NCBI RefSeq assembly: GCF_902713615.1
Contig: NC_052160.1
Coordinates: forward strand, 137,930,737-137,994,736
Length of the DNA stretch: 64,000 nucleotides
Direction of reading: 5' to 3'
DNA from: Scyliorhinus canicula
Lineage: Eukaryota
This document shows positions 34,705 to 49,859 of this stretch, piece by piece. A program made the position numbers and the translations under genes. The first letter of the stretch is position 1. Every line of letters begins with the position of its first letter. A model generated the notes under the pieces. It ran no database searches, was not told the origin of the DNA, and saw only the letters and a list, made by a program, of their open reading frames with translations.

Positions 34705-36469
34705 AATTAAAATGTCTTTTAAAAAACATTGCACACAAGGCAAAGAATAGGTTCTGAGCTCTGTCATTTGAGGCTTTGAGTCGCTGATATATGCGCTTGC
34801 TAGATGCTTATAAATGGTATTATTGAACTCCAAATTTACTCTAAGGAAAGATAAATCTTTTGTATCCATATAAATAACGGAGGGAAGAATAAATACTGCA
34901 AACTCCCCCATGGGAGGAAAATGGCAAAAAACATTGTGTAAACAAGCTGACAAGATGGTTTGAGGAGGAATTAACAATGTTGTTTGCTTCTTGAACAAAT
35001 TCAGCAACATTTAAGTTAAAACAATAAACCTGCATTTATGTTTCATGAAATATCCCAAAGCAAATCATGAGCAGTGTGAAGTGAATCATTGCTTTATGTA
35101 GGAAAATAGAATTATAAATGTTAAACATGTACCTTCCAGAATCAATAGGCTATAACTTTTCTTTTTAACCTGATGTCAATTCCGTTTTATTACCTTCATA
35201 AAGTTGCTGCTTGATCGATGGGCGGAAGCACCAACACATTTATGCTGCCGTAGGTGGACATTTAACATGCGACAGTGCCCAGAGCAATGGGAAGTCTAGT
35301 ACTATCATAAAATACATTGGAACACAAACGCATCTGACCTTTGCAGCTGTTAGAACCGTTCTCAAAATTTGCCGTCACCTATTAAAGATTTGGGTTAGCA
35401 GGTTATCTTGAAACAGTGCTGTGACTAAAGTTTAACCGGATACTTCCAGCGTGATCGTGGGATGACTTTCAGACTCAAGAGCAAGGAAGCAAGACAGACA
35501 ATGTACAACAAACAGAAAAGCACAATTACACTTTTGGGTGGGTGAAAAAGACAACGGCGCATGAAACACTGATGGTTTAGGAGACCTTTATTAAGGTTAA
35601 TGACACTTTTTATCTACTACTCTTCATAGTACAGCAATGAAAAAGGTTGTATGCAATAGAAAATTATCAAATAATATGTAGAGCAATATGTATTCTCTAC
35701 TTTGAATATATCAAGTGTTTCTTTAATGAGCTGAAATTGAGTAAGACTCTACACTGCTGGTTCACCCAGTGGCCTTCAGATTTTTCAAGCAATTGCCTTA
35801 TCCTTTGAGAAATCAGGCTGAAAACAATGAGAAGTTAAGAAACTGCACTACCACTTTTAAACTCTTGAGTGTAATATCCAGTTCAGATGACAACAATGGC
35901 TCTGTACTTGGACAGAGGTTACATTATACTGAAGTGACAATATGTTCCTGTCTCAAAATCGTTGTGGTGACAGAAAACCACAATGATCAAATCCACCCGT
36001 AGCAGTGTTATTTCCCCCATCTGCACCTCTTTCTGTCTCCAAACTTCAGGGATGTTTTGGCCACCAAGTTCACAGGTAACTTCTAAAAACCGGCAGAATT
36101 GAACTTTGCACTAGTTCTGGTACTAATAGGTTTGTTGTGTAATTGACGTGCATTTCACATAGTAATGAATCACAAATCTTTCATCACATATGATATTCAC
36201 CCACGTAAATGGCCTGCTATCAGTAAGCTGGTGACCTGGCTACCCATTTATTGTAGATCCATAACAATTTAAATCAATATCATCAGGAAGAGTAATGAAT
36301 AATTCAATGAAGAGTAGGGATGTTGCATTGTGAAGGTTATTTGACTTATTTCTCAGAATGGCCTTAAACTGTTTCCATTTTTTCCTTCCTTAAATACACT
36401 GCTTAGAGCTCAGGGACAAAATCAAAACATTGAGCAGGAGAGCAGGAGCTTATAGAAAGAAAATGTATA

Positions 36470-37059
36470 AAAAGAACAAATTTATAAAGCACTAGTTAGG
36501 CCCCATTTAGAATACTGTGAGCAATTTTGGGCCCCACACCTCAGGAAAGACATACTGGCACTGGCGCGGGTCCAGCGGAGATTCACACGGATGATCCCAG
36601 GAAGGTAGGCCTAACATACGATGAACGTCTGAGGATCGTGGAATTATATTCATTGGAGTTTAGGAGGTTGAGGGGAGATCTAATAGAAACGTACAAGATA
36701 ATGAATGGCTTGGATAGGATGGACGTAGGGAAGTTGTTTCCATTAGCAGGGGAGACTAGGACGCGGGGGCACAGCCTTAGAATAAAAGGGAGTCACTTTA
36801 GAACAGAGATGAGGAGAAATTTCTTCAGCCAGAGAGTGGTAGGTCTGTGGAATTCATTGCCACAGAGGGCGGTGGAGGCCGGGACATTGAGTGTCTTTAA
36901 GACAGAAATTGATAAATTCTTGATTTCTCGAGGAATTAAGGGCTATGGGGAGAGAGCGGGTAAATGGAGTTGAAATCAACCATGATTGAATGGTGGAGTG
37001 GACTCGATGGGCCAAATGGCCTTACTTCCGCTCCTATGTCTTATGGTCTTATGGTCTTA
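36470..37059 (+). mobile_element. CR1 LINE 3' end (HER1-like)
   Basis: YSLEFRRLRGDLIETYKI..TRGHSL..FFSQRVVGLWNSLP; tail (CTTATGGT)n; 3' UTR resembles the long SINE tail. Confidence 0.9.
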
Positions 37060-37434
37060 AATTCTGAAAGTTAGTTAGTAAAAAGCTGCAGTAATCAATA
37101 TGCAACAAAGCAAATCTTAGTCCTTTTTAATGTTATCAAAAATGTTGCAGAATATGCAAGACCAATGGATTTCTTTATCCAATTTTCACATCTCTTTAAA
37201 GTATTTAATAGGCCTCCATTACGATATGTGCTAGAAACAACACAAACAACTAAACCAATTCAGTTCCCTCCGCCATATCCCCATCTCTACTGGTTTATGA
37301 GCATGTTGTCATTTGTAACACATGAATGATGTTAAATACGAAATGGTCATTCCAGAAAGCCCAGCAAATTCCAAAAAACAATTTCACCCAATTCTTAACA
37401 TTCTTGTCTATCTTCCGTAAATAAAGTGTTTCAG

Positions 37435-37757
37435 AGAATCATAGAATTGACAGTGCAGAAGGAGGCTATTCGGCCCATCGGGTCTGCACCAGCTCTTGGA
37501 AGGAGCACCCCACTTAAGACCACACCTCCACCCTATCCCCCTAATCCAGTAACCACACCTAACCTTTTGGACACTAAGAGGCAATTTAGCATGGCCAATC
37601 CACTTAACCTACACATCTTTGGACTGTGGGAGGAAACCCACGCAGACACAGGGTGAACGTGCAGACTCCGCACAGACAATCACCCAAGGCAGGAATTGAA
37701 CCCAGGACCCTGGAGCTGTGAGGCAGCAGTGCTAACCACTGTGAAACCGGGCCGCCT
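37435..37757 (-). mobile_element. HE1/V-SINE-like SINE
   Basis: Head, body and tail match. Confidence 0.85.
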
Positions 37758-38028
37758 AACCTGGATTTTCCCTGAGCTACAAACTGATGGGGAGTGTATT
37801 ATTTAGCTGCTTTGTGGCCAATGTTGATGATTTTCTCAAAAGCACAATCACAAGAAAATCAACTGCTCCAAATATCCCACTACAAATAATATACTCGTGT
37901 GGAAATCCTTCCTGTTCTTAATCTTGGCTGTAATTATTTCTAAAAATCCATAACTTTCAATGAGAGCTGGTTCACAAGAGTTCCATACACATTCATTCTT
38001 TGGAATTCTCTACTCCAGAGGGAGGTGG

Positions 38029-39251
38029 TTTAGCCATCTCGGATGGTCACCTCCAACTAGTTAACTACACCTATCAACTAAGACAACCTGTACTTAACTT
38101 TGGGCACCTGGCTTAGGTTAGAAAACAGTGGCCGCTGTTCATTTCTGGATCTCTCGGGTTCGAAGGAGTAACTGCTGCTCAGCTGGGCTCATCCGTCTCG
38201 TAGCGGGCGTTGAACTTGGACTTGCTTCTGGTGTTGCTGCACTTGGCGATGGCCGTGACTGGGGTACCAGGGCCAAGAGAGAGCGAACATATGGCAAACT
38301 CTTCCTATACTCGGGGGTTTTCGCGCTCTTTTGGGCGGTCCTTCGATTTGGGCCTTACGAATTGGGTGATCCTTGATCCCGATTCCTTAACCAATAAATG
38401 GGCGGGAAACTTGCAAAGCCTGGCGGGTAAAATGGACAAGCCAAGACTCAGAGCCTGAAATGCATATTCATAAGCAAGAAGTCCAGACGGTATCGAAACT
38501 CCGTCCAATTAGCATTTTAATGGGGCCGATTAGCATTTGATGGCCCATCTTCACCAAAACAAAGGACTGGTACTCGAGCAACCGGGACAGTCCCAGACAT
38601 TTCAGTGCCACTCCCTGTTCAAGGGAAACGAAAACAACTGGGTCAGTGACCACTTGGGGCACGCCCAGCCATCCAGATTCCCACCCACTTATTGGCTAAG
38701 GAATCGGGATCAAGGATCACCCAATTCGTAAGGCGCAAATCGAAGGACCGCCCAAAAGAGTGCGAAAACCCCCGAGTATAGGAAGAGTTTGCCATATGTT
38801 CGCTCTCTCTTGGCCCTGGTACCCCAGTCATGGCCATCGCCAAGTGCAGCAACACCAGAAGCAAGTCCAAGTTCAACGCCCGCTACGAGACGGATGAGCC
38901 CAGCTGAGCAGCAGTTACTCCTTCGAACCCGAGAGATCCAGAAATGAACAGCGGCCACTGTTTTCTGACCTAAGCCGGGTGCCCGAAGTTAAGTACAGGT
39001 TGTCTTAGTTGATAGGTGCAGTTAACAAGTAGTGTTTATGTTGCATGACTAATTGTGTGTAAATAAAGTACCCTTGACCTTCAACTAACTGGTGTTTGGC
39101 TCTTTGATCGATAGCCGGTTGAAACTTGTGGTGGTATACCTGGCGACTAAGCATTCGGACATAGATAACATAGAAAGAAGGGCAAATTCACTGATTGCCA
39201 TAATTGGAGCAGAGCCACAGAAAAGACCAAGTAGAAAGAAAAAGGACAACA
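38029..39251 (+). mobile_element. Solo LTR with an internal 353-bp inverted self-duplication, TSD GTGG, inserted in a CR1 3' fragment
   Basis: GTGG at 38025-38028 and 39252-39255; ends T(T)TAGCC..GACAACA; arms 38056-38408 and 38678-39030 are reverse complements. Confidence 0.88.
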
Positions 39252-40214
39252 GTGGGTGTTCAGTCATTGAGTTATATTCAAGACCAAAATCGAGAGACTC
39301 TTGGACACTAAGGGAATCCACGGCATGTCAGGAAAGAGTAAGAAAGTGGAGTCTATTTTGAAGTGCAGCCATGATCATGTTGGTGGAGGAACTCGTCGAG
39401 AGGTGGTTTGGTGGACTCTATTCTTACAGTGAATGAGTGGACAAAATCCAATGGAGTTGTGTAAAGGAAGGATACCCTGAGTGTCCATTGAGTTATCACC
39501 TCACTAACTTAGTAGAGTTTAGTATCGGAAGGCAAAAGGCGGACATCCTCGGGTGGGAACGGGTGAAAGGATTTCCCAAGTGTGCACCAAACAGTGCCTG
39601 CAAAGGCTGTAACACAAAAACCCACCCAAAATCTGTTGTCACTTAAAACATCATCGATGTGGATCCCCACGCTACAGATTGTGCATGCTGTAGAGGATTA
39701 TCCTGCCACGTCTCTTCCATGCCTTGTCTCCCTTGGTACTGCCAAGATACACCATTGCAGGGATCAATGGGAAAGGACTGAATTAGTCATGGGTAAATGC
39801 CTTTGGCTTCACCTTTCCCCGCAGTAAGGGCAGATGGAGACACTGAAGAACAAAATGTCCATCATCTTCCTGGTTCATGAGTTGTACACCCCAGAAAACA
39901 GGGAAAAATCACAAATATAAGAAAACAAATACCCTATTCCTTAAAGCATAAATAATTTTAAATGAAAACAATCCGCCATCACAGATTTATGGCGGAAAGT
40001 TCTCATTTTATCGAAGGAGGATTTTAGCATTACCGTAGAAGCCAGCTGGAAACCCTTTCTATTTGTCCTTCAAACTAAATTACAAAATAAAACGTTGCCC
40101 GTCTACTGGGCAAACAGATGGATATAATTGGAACATCTGTCAAGTTGCTTTTTCAGATGTATAGATTAAAGGAGGATGCACCGCCTTTGAAGAACACTGC
40201 AGCCACAAAGCATT

Positions 40215-40558
40215 GGGGGCGGCACAGTAGCATAGTGGCTAGCACTGTCGCTGCACAACTCCAGGGTCCCAGGTTCGATTCCCGACTTGGGTCACTGTCT
40301 GTGTGGAGGCTGCACGTTCTCCCCGTGTCTGCACTTGTTTTCTCCAAGTGCTCCGGTTTCCTCCCACAGTCCAAAGATGTGCAGGTTAGGTGGATTGGCT
40401 ATGCTAAATTGCCCCTTAGTGTCCAAAAGGGTTGGGTGGGGTTGCTGGGTTACAGGGATAGGATGGAGGTGTGGGCTTCGGCTGGGATGCTCTTTCCAAG
40501 GGCCGGTTCAGACTGGATGGGCAGAGTGGCCTCCTTCTGCACTGTACATTCTATGATA
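40215..40558 (+). mobile_element. HE1/V-SINE-like SINE (long tail)
   Basis: Full head, body and tail. Confidence 0.85.
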
Positions 40559-41135
40559 TCCTTTTATTAGCAGGGATTGACTTTTGGGCAAGGTTTGGTG
40601 GATGCCAAGATGCAGAAGGGACATTCAATGAGAAGACCTCCTTGCCCGTCTCTGTGCACAGCCAGGATTGGGGTGGTCAGAACCCCTGGAGTGTTCCTGC
40701 CTTTCCTCTGCTACACTCTAGGCTGGGGGAGCTTCCCTTTTCATGCCAGGTTTTCTATGCTGCCCTCCGGCTCTGCTGTAGCCATTTACATACCCTCTTG
40801 ATCAGTCTTTTGTCTGATTATCGCCTAGCTTTAACCCCCGGCATTTATTCACTCCTGCCGCTCTACGCCATCAGTGTTCTCTCCTGTGGTGTCGCTTTCC
40901 TTCTTCCGTCTTAAAACTAAGACTTGGGCCACCAATGTTCACCACCATGCTTTTATTTCCTACTTTAGTTCCCAGGGCAACGAGCATCAGACTTGGCAAC
41001 AACAGTTCTCCCATCACTGGCAGTAAGATGATGACTGCTCCACCCCAAAAACAAATTTACCAGCTAGCAACCTGAGCCAGGACAACAACCCCTCCCCCAA
41101 CAAGGGCAGATGCAGAGTCAATATCCTACTGTTAA

Positions 41136-41170
<35 letters not shown>

Positions 41171-41334
41171 AGAGAACTGATTCCATACACGGGATGCCTC
41201 ATTTATCCATAGAATCCTTATAGTGCAGAAGGAGGCAATTCCACCACCCATCGATTCTCACCGACGCTCCGAAAGAGCACCCTACCTAGGCTCACTCCCC
41301 TACCCTATCCCCATAACTCCGCCTAACCTGCACT

Positions 41335-41500
41335 ATATTCTGTATTCTTCACCCACTATGTATTTATGTTGTGTATTTGCCGTCTATCCTATGTTTTTCA
41401 CATATTGAACGATCTGCCTGGACTGTACGCAGAACAATACTTTTCACCGTGCCTCAGTACATGTGGCAATAAATCTAAATCTAATCTAAAATCAATTTAA
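41335..41500 (+). mobile_element. Rex1/Babar-type 3' end fragment
   Basis: ATACTTTTCAC..GTACA(T/C)GTG(G/A)CAATAAA plus an (AATCT)n tail; matches the reverse complement of 1755-1800. Confidence 0.65.
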
Positions 41501-42273
41501 CAATTAGCTTTGCTGGCATTTCAGAATAGCATGGAACACCCACCTATTTTTCTGGTGGTGTGAGTGTGTGTGTGTGTGCATGTGCGTGTGTATAACAAGG
41601 AGGGAAATCTAGGAAAATAAAGTACAGATTTATCAGCGGAAACAGGATGGTGTGAACATTTTTAGCAAAGATTGGGTCAGACCTTTCCAAAAAGACAATC
41701 AAATTTATTCAAATGCTTTAACAAAAGGGACCGGATCAATACCTGGGCTGGTGGGAAAAGTTAGAATTTTTTTAAAAATTAAATGCAGCACGTTTTTGAT
41801 CTAGAACATGCTGCCTAAAACAAAAACAGGTTTAGGAGTAACTTTCAAAAGCAAATTCATAAATACTTAAAAAGGCAAGATTTGAAGAGCGTCAGAGAAA
41901 GAGCGAGGGGTAGTGGGAGTAATCGGATAATACTTTCCCACGGCTGGCACAGGCATCTCTATACAGTACAATTGATGATTCAGCAAAATCTGCATCACAA
42001 ATCAAAACAAGTTCGTTTTGCACATGTCGTGCCAAATTGAGACAGGAACAATTTTGAAAATATTGCAAGGGAGATTTATTTTCTCCCTTAACAATCTAAC
42101 TCCAAACAAACAAACAAACACTTCATCATTCAGAGTTCTAATGTCTCCCCCTCTACATCAGGAGTTCCCAAATTAACACAGAGCCATTCTCACCCAGGTG
42201 AATCCCAGAAGACAACACAGAAGCAAGGTTTGATTGAAAAATCCTTCATGTTTCTACAATGATTTTTAAATTC

Positions 42274-42279
42274 TTTATT
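42274..42279 (-). terminator. Candidate AATAAA polyadenylation signal of AHCYL1 (3' UTR about 1.2 kb)
   Basis: TTTATT on the + strand at the end of a repeat-free AT-rich stretch downstream of the stop; not unique. Confidence 0.4.
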
Positions 42280-43462
42280 ATTTTTTTTAAAATATATCTT
42301 TTTCATGTAACTGGAGTCAAGGTATTTTCTGGTCCCACTGTTGGGTCTACAACCTTAAGAGGCTCAATGGCATAAAAACCCACAGCATTACAGAGGTCAC
42401 CAGCAGAATCCAGTGCTTGTTCATGGTCCAAAAAAAAAGCATTTGCAACACAAAAAGGCCCCATCACAAAAAAAGTACATAATAGCGGAAATGTTTTGTT
42501 TGTATACAGCAAGTATCTGTGGAATGTGAAGCCATCAAGACTCAACCCGAGATTGGTGCTCGTCACCACACACTCTATTTGGCACAATCTTATGACAAAC
42601 TTTCTCTAATATGATTCTGTCGAAAATGTAACCATCTAGTATTGGAATACTGACACCTTAAAATTACTTGGTCTGTTAAACTGACAGATGTAAGCTTCTA
42701 ATTTCCCTTGCCTGATCGATGATAATTTGCATCCTGAAGAGTAACATCTGGTGGTGCCAATACAGTAAAGCGCATATGTAAGGCGAGCATCGCATGAAAG
42801 AGGTGAACTCAAATTCTGCATGAACAAAACCATTCACATTTTTTTTTTGGCTGCACAGTGATATTTACAACTGGTTTCAGTACTGAATCGGGGTTTGATT
42901 AAAGGTTGATACTCATCATTTATTACAGTCAGCACTGGTTCCTGAAAAGAAACGAGTATCGTACAACTATATTGGCGACGACCAAATCGGTTTTCGATTG
43001 CCACCAACAAAGGGTTTTTTCTTTTTTTAAAAACATATCATTAAAACAAGAAAATCCTTTGGAACATTTGGAATTGAGCTGAAAGCTCAGGTCTTGGACC
43101 TGAACTAAACAGGAAAGACAAACAAAGATAATCGTTTTAAATTATTACAGTACTACTTGTTTGCACATCAATCATATACAGGCTCAAGTGATCTCATGGA
43201 GACTGTGCCGTCACAGACTGTGCGGTTACATCTCCCGGCAGTAATAATAAAATCATAACACTCATTTATAATTGGAGTATAGAAAAGAATATGCAAGCAA
43301 AAGACCAGGCTGTTAAAGGAATAAGATGCCTAGGAGTGCAGAAATGCTCTTCCAATACATTTAGCGAGCATTTAAACAGCTAGGCTGGCTCCTACTATAC
43401 ATTCTTCTACTGAGGTTTCAGACAACGTGCTCCTTCTTTCAATCATTTTGGTTCTGCTCCAG

Positions 43463-43469
43463 CTAATAC
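43463..43469 (-). CDS. ahcyl1: AHCYL1 last coding exon (R-Y-stop)
   Basis: CTGCAG|GTATTAG completes ..PNYYR-Y*. Confidence 0.8.
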
Positions 43470-43688
43470 CTGCAGGGGGGAGGGGGGCACAAAACATTGT
43501 TGTGTGTAAATGAGAGTCCTCTTGACAATTCTGTTAATGGTTAATACAGTTTGTGTTACCCCCTCCCTTTAAGCACAAATAATCGTACATCCTATCCTAT
43601 TCCTTACATTAAAAATTACTCAATTAGTCTAAGCAATGATATTTTTACCACATTCAACGGAATATTGACCAACAAACCATTAGCGATT

Positions 43689-43904
43689 ATTTTTATTTAA
43701 ACAAAATTTAGAGTCCCAATTATTTTTTTCCAATTAAGGGGCAATTTAGCGCGGCCTGCACCTACCCTGCACATCTTTGGGTTGTGGGAGTGAGACCCAC
43801 GTGGACACGGGGAGAATGTGCAAACTCCACACGGGACAGTGACCCGGGGCCGAACCCGGTCCTCAGCGCCGTACGGCAGCAGTGCTAACCACTGCGCCAC
43901 CACT
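43689..43904 (-). mobile_element. Short-tail SINE, 10-bp TSD
   Basis: ATTAGCGATT at 43679-43688 and 43905-43914. Confidence 0.85.
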
Positions 43905-44690
43905 ATTAGCGATTCTAAAGTTCACAGGCTGTGTGCACATGAATAATATATGTCGGAAGATAAGGCAATTGAGGCAAAACACAGAGGGATCATTATCAAC
44001 ACCAAAATAGTTGCTTCTGTTCAAATGTAATTACCCTTCAATGGGTAATTTCATAATAATTTATAAATTAAATAGAAAGGTCCTGCATTTGTGTTTACTT
44101 CTGCACAGTAAACTCCTAGTATGTTGTGATACGATGTTTACGTCAGTTTATTTATTGAATATTTGTGTTAACACTTCCCTCTCTCTGCAATTGCATTCCC
44201 ACATGATGGGGTATTCATTTAAGAGGAGATCTGGGCATCAGACCTCCCTGTAGACTTGGTATTAGTTACTGAATGAGATGGTTACAATTCTTCCTTTCAG
44301 GATTTGTTGGGGTGATACCAATGGATACGGATCCTAAATTGCGGAACGAGCCATTATTTTGTGAAGGTGTGAGCTTTTGAAGGGAAAAGTCATAGTAAGT
44401 TTACTTTGAGCTCCCTCTGATGGCTCAGTTGGTAACGGCAGTCAAGGGAAAGCTGACTATCTGGATTTCTGCCACTTACGTAGCACTTCACACCAGAAAT
44501 CTGAGCCACAACAGCAAATGAGATTCACGTATACAATTATATCAAATGTTCAGTGTTTTTGCAATGAAAGAATTCCGTGCAGAGGAAATTTAGTTTCTTC
44601 AAGTCAACACTATTAATAACTGCATGGTGAATCTTCACCAATTCCACTAAATGTATGCATTGATGTTAGGATCCATTATACAGAAGTTTA

Positions 44691-44960
<270 letters not shown>

Positions 44961-45058
44961 CTAGAATTTTAGTGCCACAGTAGCACTATATGATGCATGT
45001 TTGTAGTCCTCTCATTTTTGATCTAAGATGCAGCTCTGCAATGGAAAGCACAATACTA

Positions 45059-45163
<105 letters not shown>

Positions 45164-45631
45164 TTAGTAACTTGTATGTGCTAAACAGGATTGATATAAA
45201 GCCACATATTTTCCAACTCACCTGAGAATTCCATTTTGTAAAACATTGTTTAAATTTTGCTGCTTACATATCAACATTGTCCATTAAACAAATGCAGTGC
45301 CTCGGTAGCTGCATCGTGAGATCACTGGGTCTTGTGGCCAGGAGACCTGTGATCTGCTAGCTTTGACTGATGCTTGCTTTTGAACTCATTTAACAGGGCA
45401 GTTATTACAGAGTAGCTGTCCGTCTTTGTCATGCATAATGTTTTAGAGATAGAAGACATTTGTTCATTATTTCTAAGCAGTGCTGCCCAAGAGGCAAGAG
45501 AAGCTATCACTTGGCTATAATGTAATATACAGAATACACAAGATACAGAACCAAATACCAACATCAGACTGCAAGAGGGCTATCCTGCACTGCAGTTAAA
45601 TTATTAAATTATATACTGGAGTTCCTATCTA

Positions 45632-45766
<135 letters not shown>

Positions 45767-46619
45767 TTAATCCTTAGCTGCTATAGTTGACGAGTAAGCT
45801 ACTGGCAGGCAGCACAAGCATTCTGTAGAAACGAGCATAAAAGGCACAAAGGGTACGAGCTACTGTAACAAACCTCTGTTGGCAGCAGCAAGTCATCCCC
45901 TCTCTTGCAATAATTTACTGCAAGTTCCTGACAATCCCTGAAAATAATCCGATACAAGACCCGCAATTTCATCAGTTTAATTACAGTGCTTTCACTTCTC
46001 AAACCTGCACGTTTCCCAGTCTGATGCCCATGCACAGAATTCAGGCCAGAGGAAGTACCAGCATTCTCTTTTTCAGGCTTCATCTAATCCGACGCCACAA
46101 TCAGGTGCGAGGAGGCAAGATTTGTGATCCAAACTGATCCACTTATTGATCTTTCCACCTCTCCCCCTTCCAAGGCTCACTTGGCAATCCTACAAAACTG
46201 GAGCTTTAAGCTTGCTGCATATATTCTCTGAATCCTGCAATGGGTAGTTTCCCCTCCGCAAAGGCAGCCCGCCAGCTGTGATCATAAAAACCTACAAATG
46301 TTTTCAGAGTGCCTCCATCTTGAGGTACACTCCCAGTCTCTCACCTATAGTGGCAGCACCCACCTCTCCTGGTGGCACTGTCAGGGCTCATGGGGCACTC
46401 TCATTGACCTACCTGCCTGCACAGCACTCCGCTGTCCTCAACTGAAGGGGCTCCTTCAGGCAACCTATTAATTGGCCACCTCCTGGAAAATTGTGCAAGC
46501 AGGCGAACCGCAGAAACCATTGGTGTTGGGTTCCAGAAATGGTCCTCATCTGCCTTTAAAAACTAACAGATTCCTCTCGCAGTGGTTGCTATTCTCTCTT
46601 TTATTTTACCAAAAGGTTG

Positions 46620-47660
46620 TTTGAACAGGAGCACAAGAAATAGGAACAGGAGCAGGCCATTCAGCCCCTCGAGCCTGCTCTGCCATTCAATAGGATCATG
46701 GTTGTTCCAACATTCCTCACGTCCACTTTCCTGCCCTTTCCACGTAACCCTTGATTCTCTTCCTGATCAATAATCTATCTCAGCCTTAAATATACACAAG
46801 GACTCTCAACGCTGAGAAGAAATTCCTCCTCATCTCGGTCTTAAATTGGCTGCCCTTTATTCTGAGACTCTGCCCTCTGCTTCTAGACTCTCCCATCAGA
46901 GGAAACATTCTCTCAGCATTTACCCTGTCACACCCCTTAGAATCCCACATATTTCAATGTGATCACCTCTCATTCTTCTAAATTCCAATGAGTAGAGTCC
47001 CAACCTATTTAACCTTTGCATATAAGACACTCCCTCCATATCGGGGATCATCGAGTGAACCCTCTCTGAACCTCCTCCGATGAAATAATATCTTTCCTTA
47101 AAAAAGGGGATCAAAACTGCTCCCAGTCCTCCAGACGTGGTCTCACCAGTACCTTGGACAATCACAGCCAGACTTCCCGATTCTTAGACTCCAACCCTCT
47201 TGAAATAAGGGCCAACATTCCATTAACCTTCCTGATTACCTGCAGCAACCGTGTGCTAGCTTTCTGTGTTTCGTGCACAAATACCCCCAAGTCCCTTGGT
47301 GTTGCAGCTTTCTGTTGTCTTTCTCCATTTAAGTAATACCCTGCTCTTATGTTCTCTCTTCCAAAATGAACTTCACATTTTCCCACATTATACTCCATTT
47401 ACCAACCGTTTGCCACTTACTTAACCTATCAATATCTCTTTACAAACTGTTTGTATCCCTCTCACAACTTGTCTCTCCATCTATTTTTGCGCCGTCTGCA
47501 AATTTGGCTGCAGTACATTTGGTTCCTTCCTCCAGGTCATTAATATATATTGTGAACAGTTGGGGTCCCAGTATTGATCCCTGTGGAACTCCACTGGTTA
47601 CAGGTCACCAACCTGAAAAAGAACCCCTTTATCCCCACCCGCTGTTTCCTGCCCATTAGC
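46620..47660 (-). mobile_element. CR1 LINE 3' fragment
   Basis: YNVGKCEVHFG..DLGVFVH..KVNGMLA; YSLEFRRMRGD. Confidence 0.85.
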
Positions 47661-47839
47661 CAATTCTCTATCCATGCCAGTAAGAAGCTACCAGAGGGCT
47701 TTCTACACCAACCGAGCTACATCCAAATAAAACTCTTGTCTTCAGCAATGGACGAAAGCAATATCCACCTTGTAATTCGCAGCAGCATTGTACCACAATA
47801 TTATGATCCCCAAGACTGGCATAAGCTAGCTTGAACTTA

Positions 47840-48082
<243 letters not shown>

Positions 48083-48727
48083 TTACCGTCTAACTACTTG
48101 TATTGATATTTAGTTTAACCAATAATTACTCTTAACTTGGTAAAAGCTTTTGACATAGCAAATTGTGAAGCTAATTATTTTTGTAAAACAAAGATTGCAC
48201 ATGATCATAATGCCAAGTAGCATTACCACTGTAACACATACAGATTAAGAGCAGAGCTAGCATCCATTAGACTCCTGAGCAGCACCTCCCGGGTGCCTAT
48301 CCCCACCACCTGGAAAGGCAGAGGTAGCACGGCAGCCCTGTCGCCTCTGGGTTCCTCACTGGATACACACACCATCCAAATTGGACATACATCAGCGTTC
48401 CTTCATTTTTGCAGAGTTGGGAGTCCAGTGGCTCATTGACTCGCAGCACGTTGGGATTGCCTTTTTGAACGGGAGGGAAATAAGCTTGCAGGTTGGCACG
48501 GATTGAGGGGGGGGGGATGGGCCTGACTGAACTGCACTAGAAAGAGCAGACTTTGACTCACTGGGTCAAATGGTCATCTTCTATGCTGTTTTACTGCTGT
48601 GACTCTTTCTATAACCTCAAAATAGAAGGCCAATTGTGCCCGTCTGCGTCACAGCTCCACAAGCAGCCATCTATTTCACATCCCAATCCCCTGCAACTTT
48701 AATATCTTTCTCAGGAGTTCAACGTCA

Positions 48728-48982
<255 letters not shown>

Positions 48983-49483
48983 TTATGGAGGAGCATGATG
49001 CAGCAGCTCTACAATCATTATTATAATCATTAAAAAGTCAATTTGACAACATGACATATGTCATTAAATATCAACATCCACAGTGTGCGTGATACTTGCT
49101 TCTGGTAACAAAGCAGAAGAAATTGTAATTTAAAACAAAATGGAAAAAAAACCCCACAAAATGCAATAAATTTGAGGTTTATAAAAAAAATAATTGTTTA
49201 ATATCTCTTCTTTTCAATGAAATTAAATGCTCACACGAGACAGAGTACCAAAACCCTGAGTCTACTAGAGTCGGATATAGGGGTGCAGCCCAGTCACATC
49301 TAAACAGTACATGCAGTAAATTCATCGAACTTTTTAATTCACCTCTGTCACTATCAAATTTCTTCAAAATATATATTTTCAAGCGCATTTTTCAGCGTGT
49401 CACCATTTTTGCCTTCCCCTACCCGATACTCTTTTCCAAGCATAATTTGCAAGAACAAGTAATAATAGTAGACTGGGCTGCTA

Positions 49484-49624
<141 letters not shown>

Positions 49625-49859
49625 TCAATTAAAATAAAGCACTAAATGCCTTTATGTGGCAAAAAGCAAAAAAAAAAAATTGAGGCAAAGGTCAAGTTCC
49701 TTGCAATTTAATCATATCACAGTGAAGACTGGTGACTCTCAGTGCTAAATCGTATTTTTAATGTTAATGATGACCTATAGTCTAGTTGCTTTAAGTATCC
49801 ATCTCGGTTGAGGTCCAGACAGTTTGCCTCTTTAGTCAGTTCTGTCAGATGGACTGAAT

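Noticed and set aside
41135-41170. Long G/C homopolymers (also ~16672, 30710, 51243, 52005, 54838) and the poly-Pro/Gly ORFs they create
   Set aside because: Low complexity with unreliable length; not genes.
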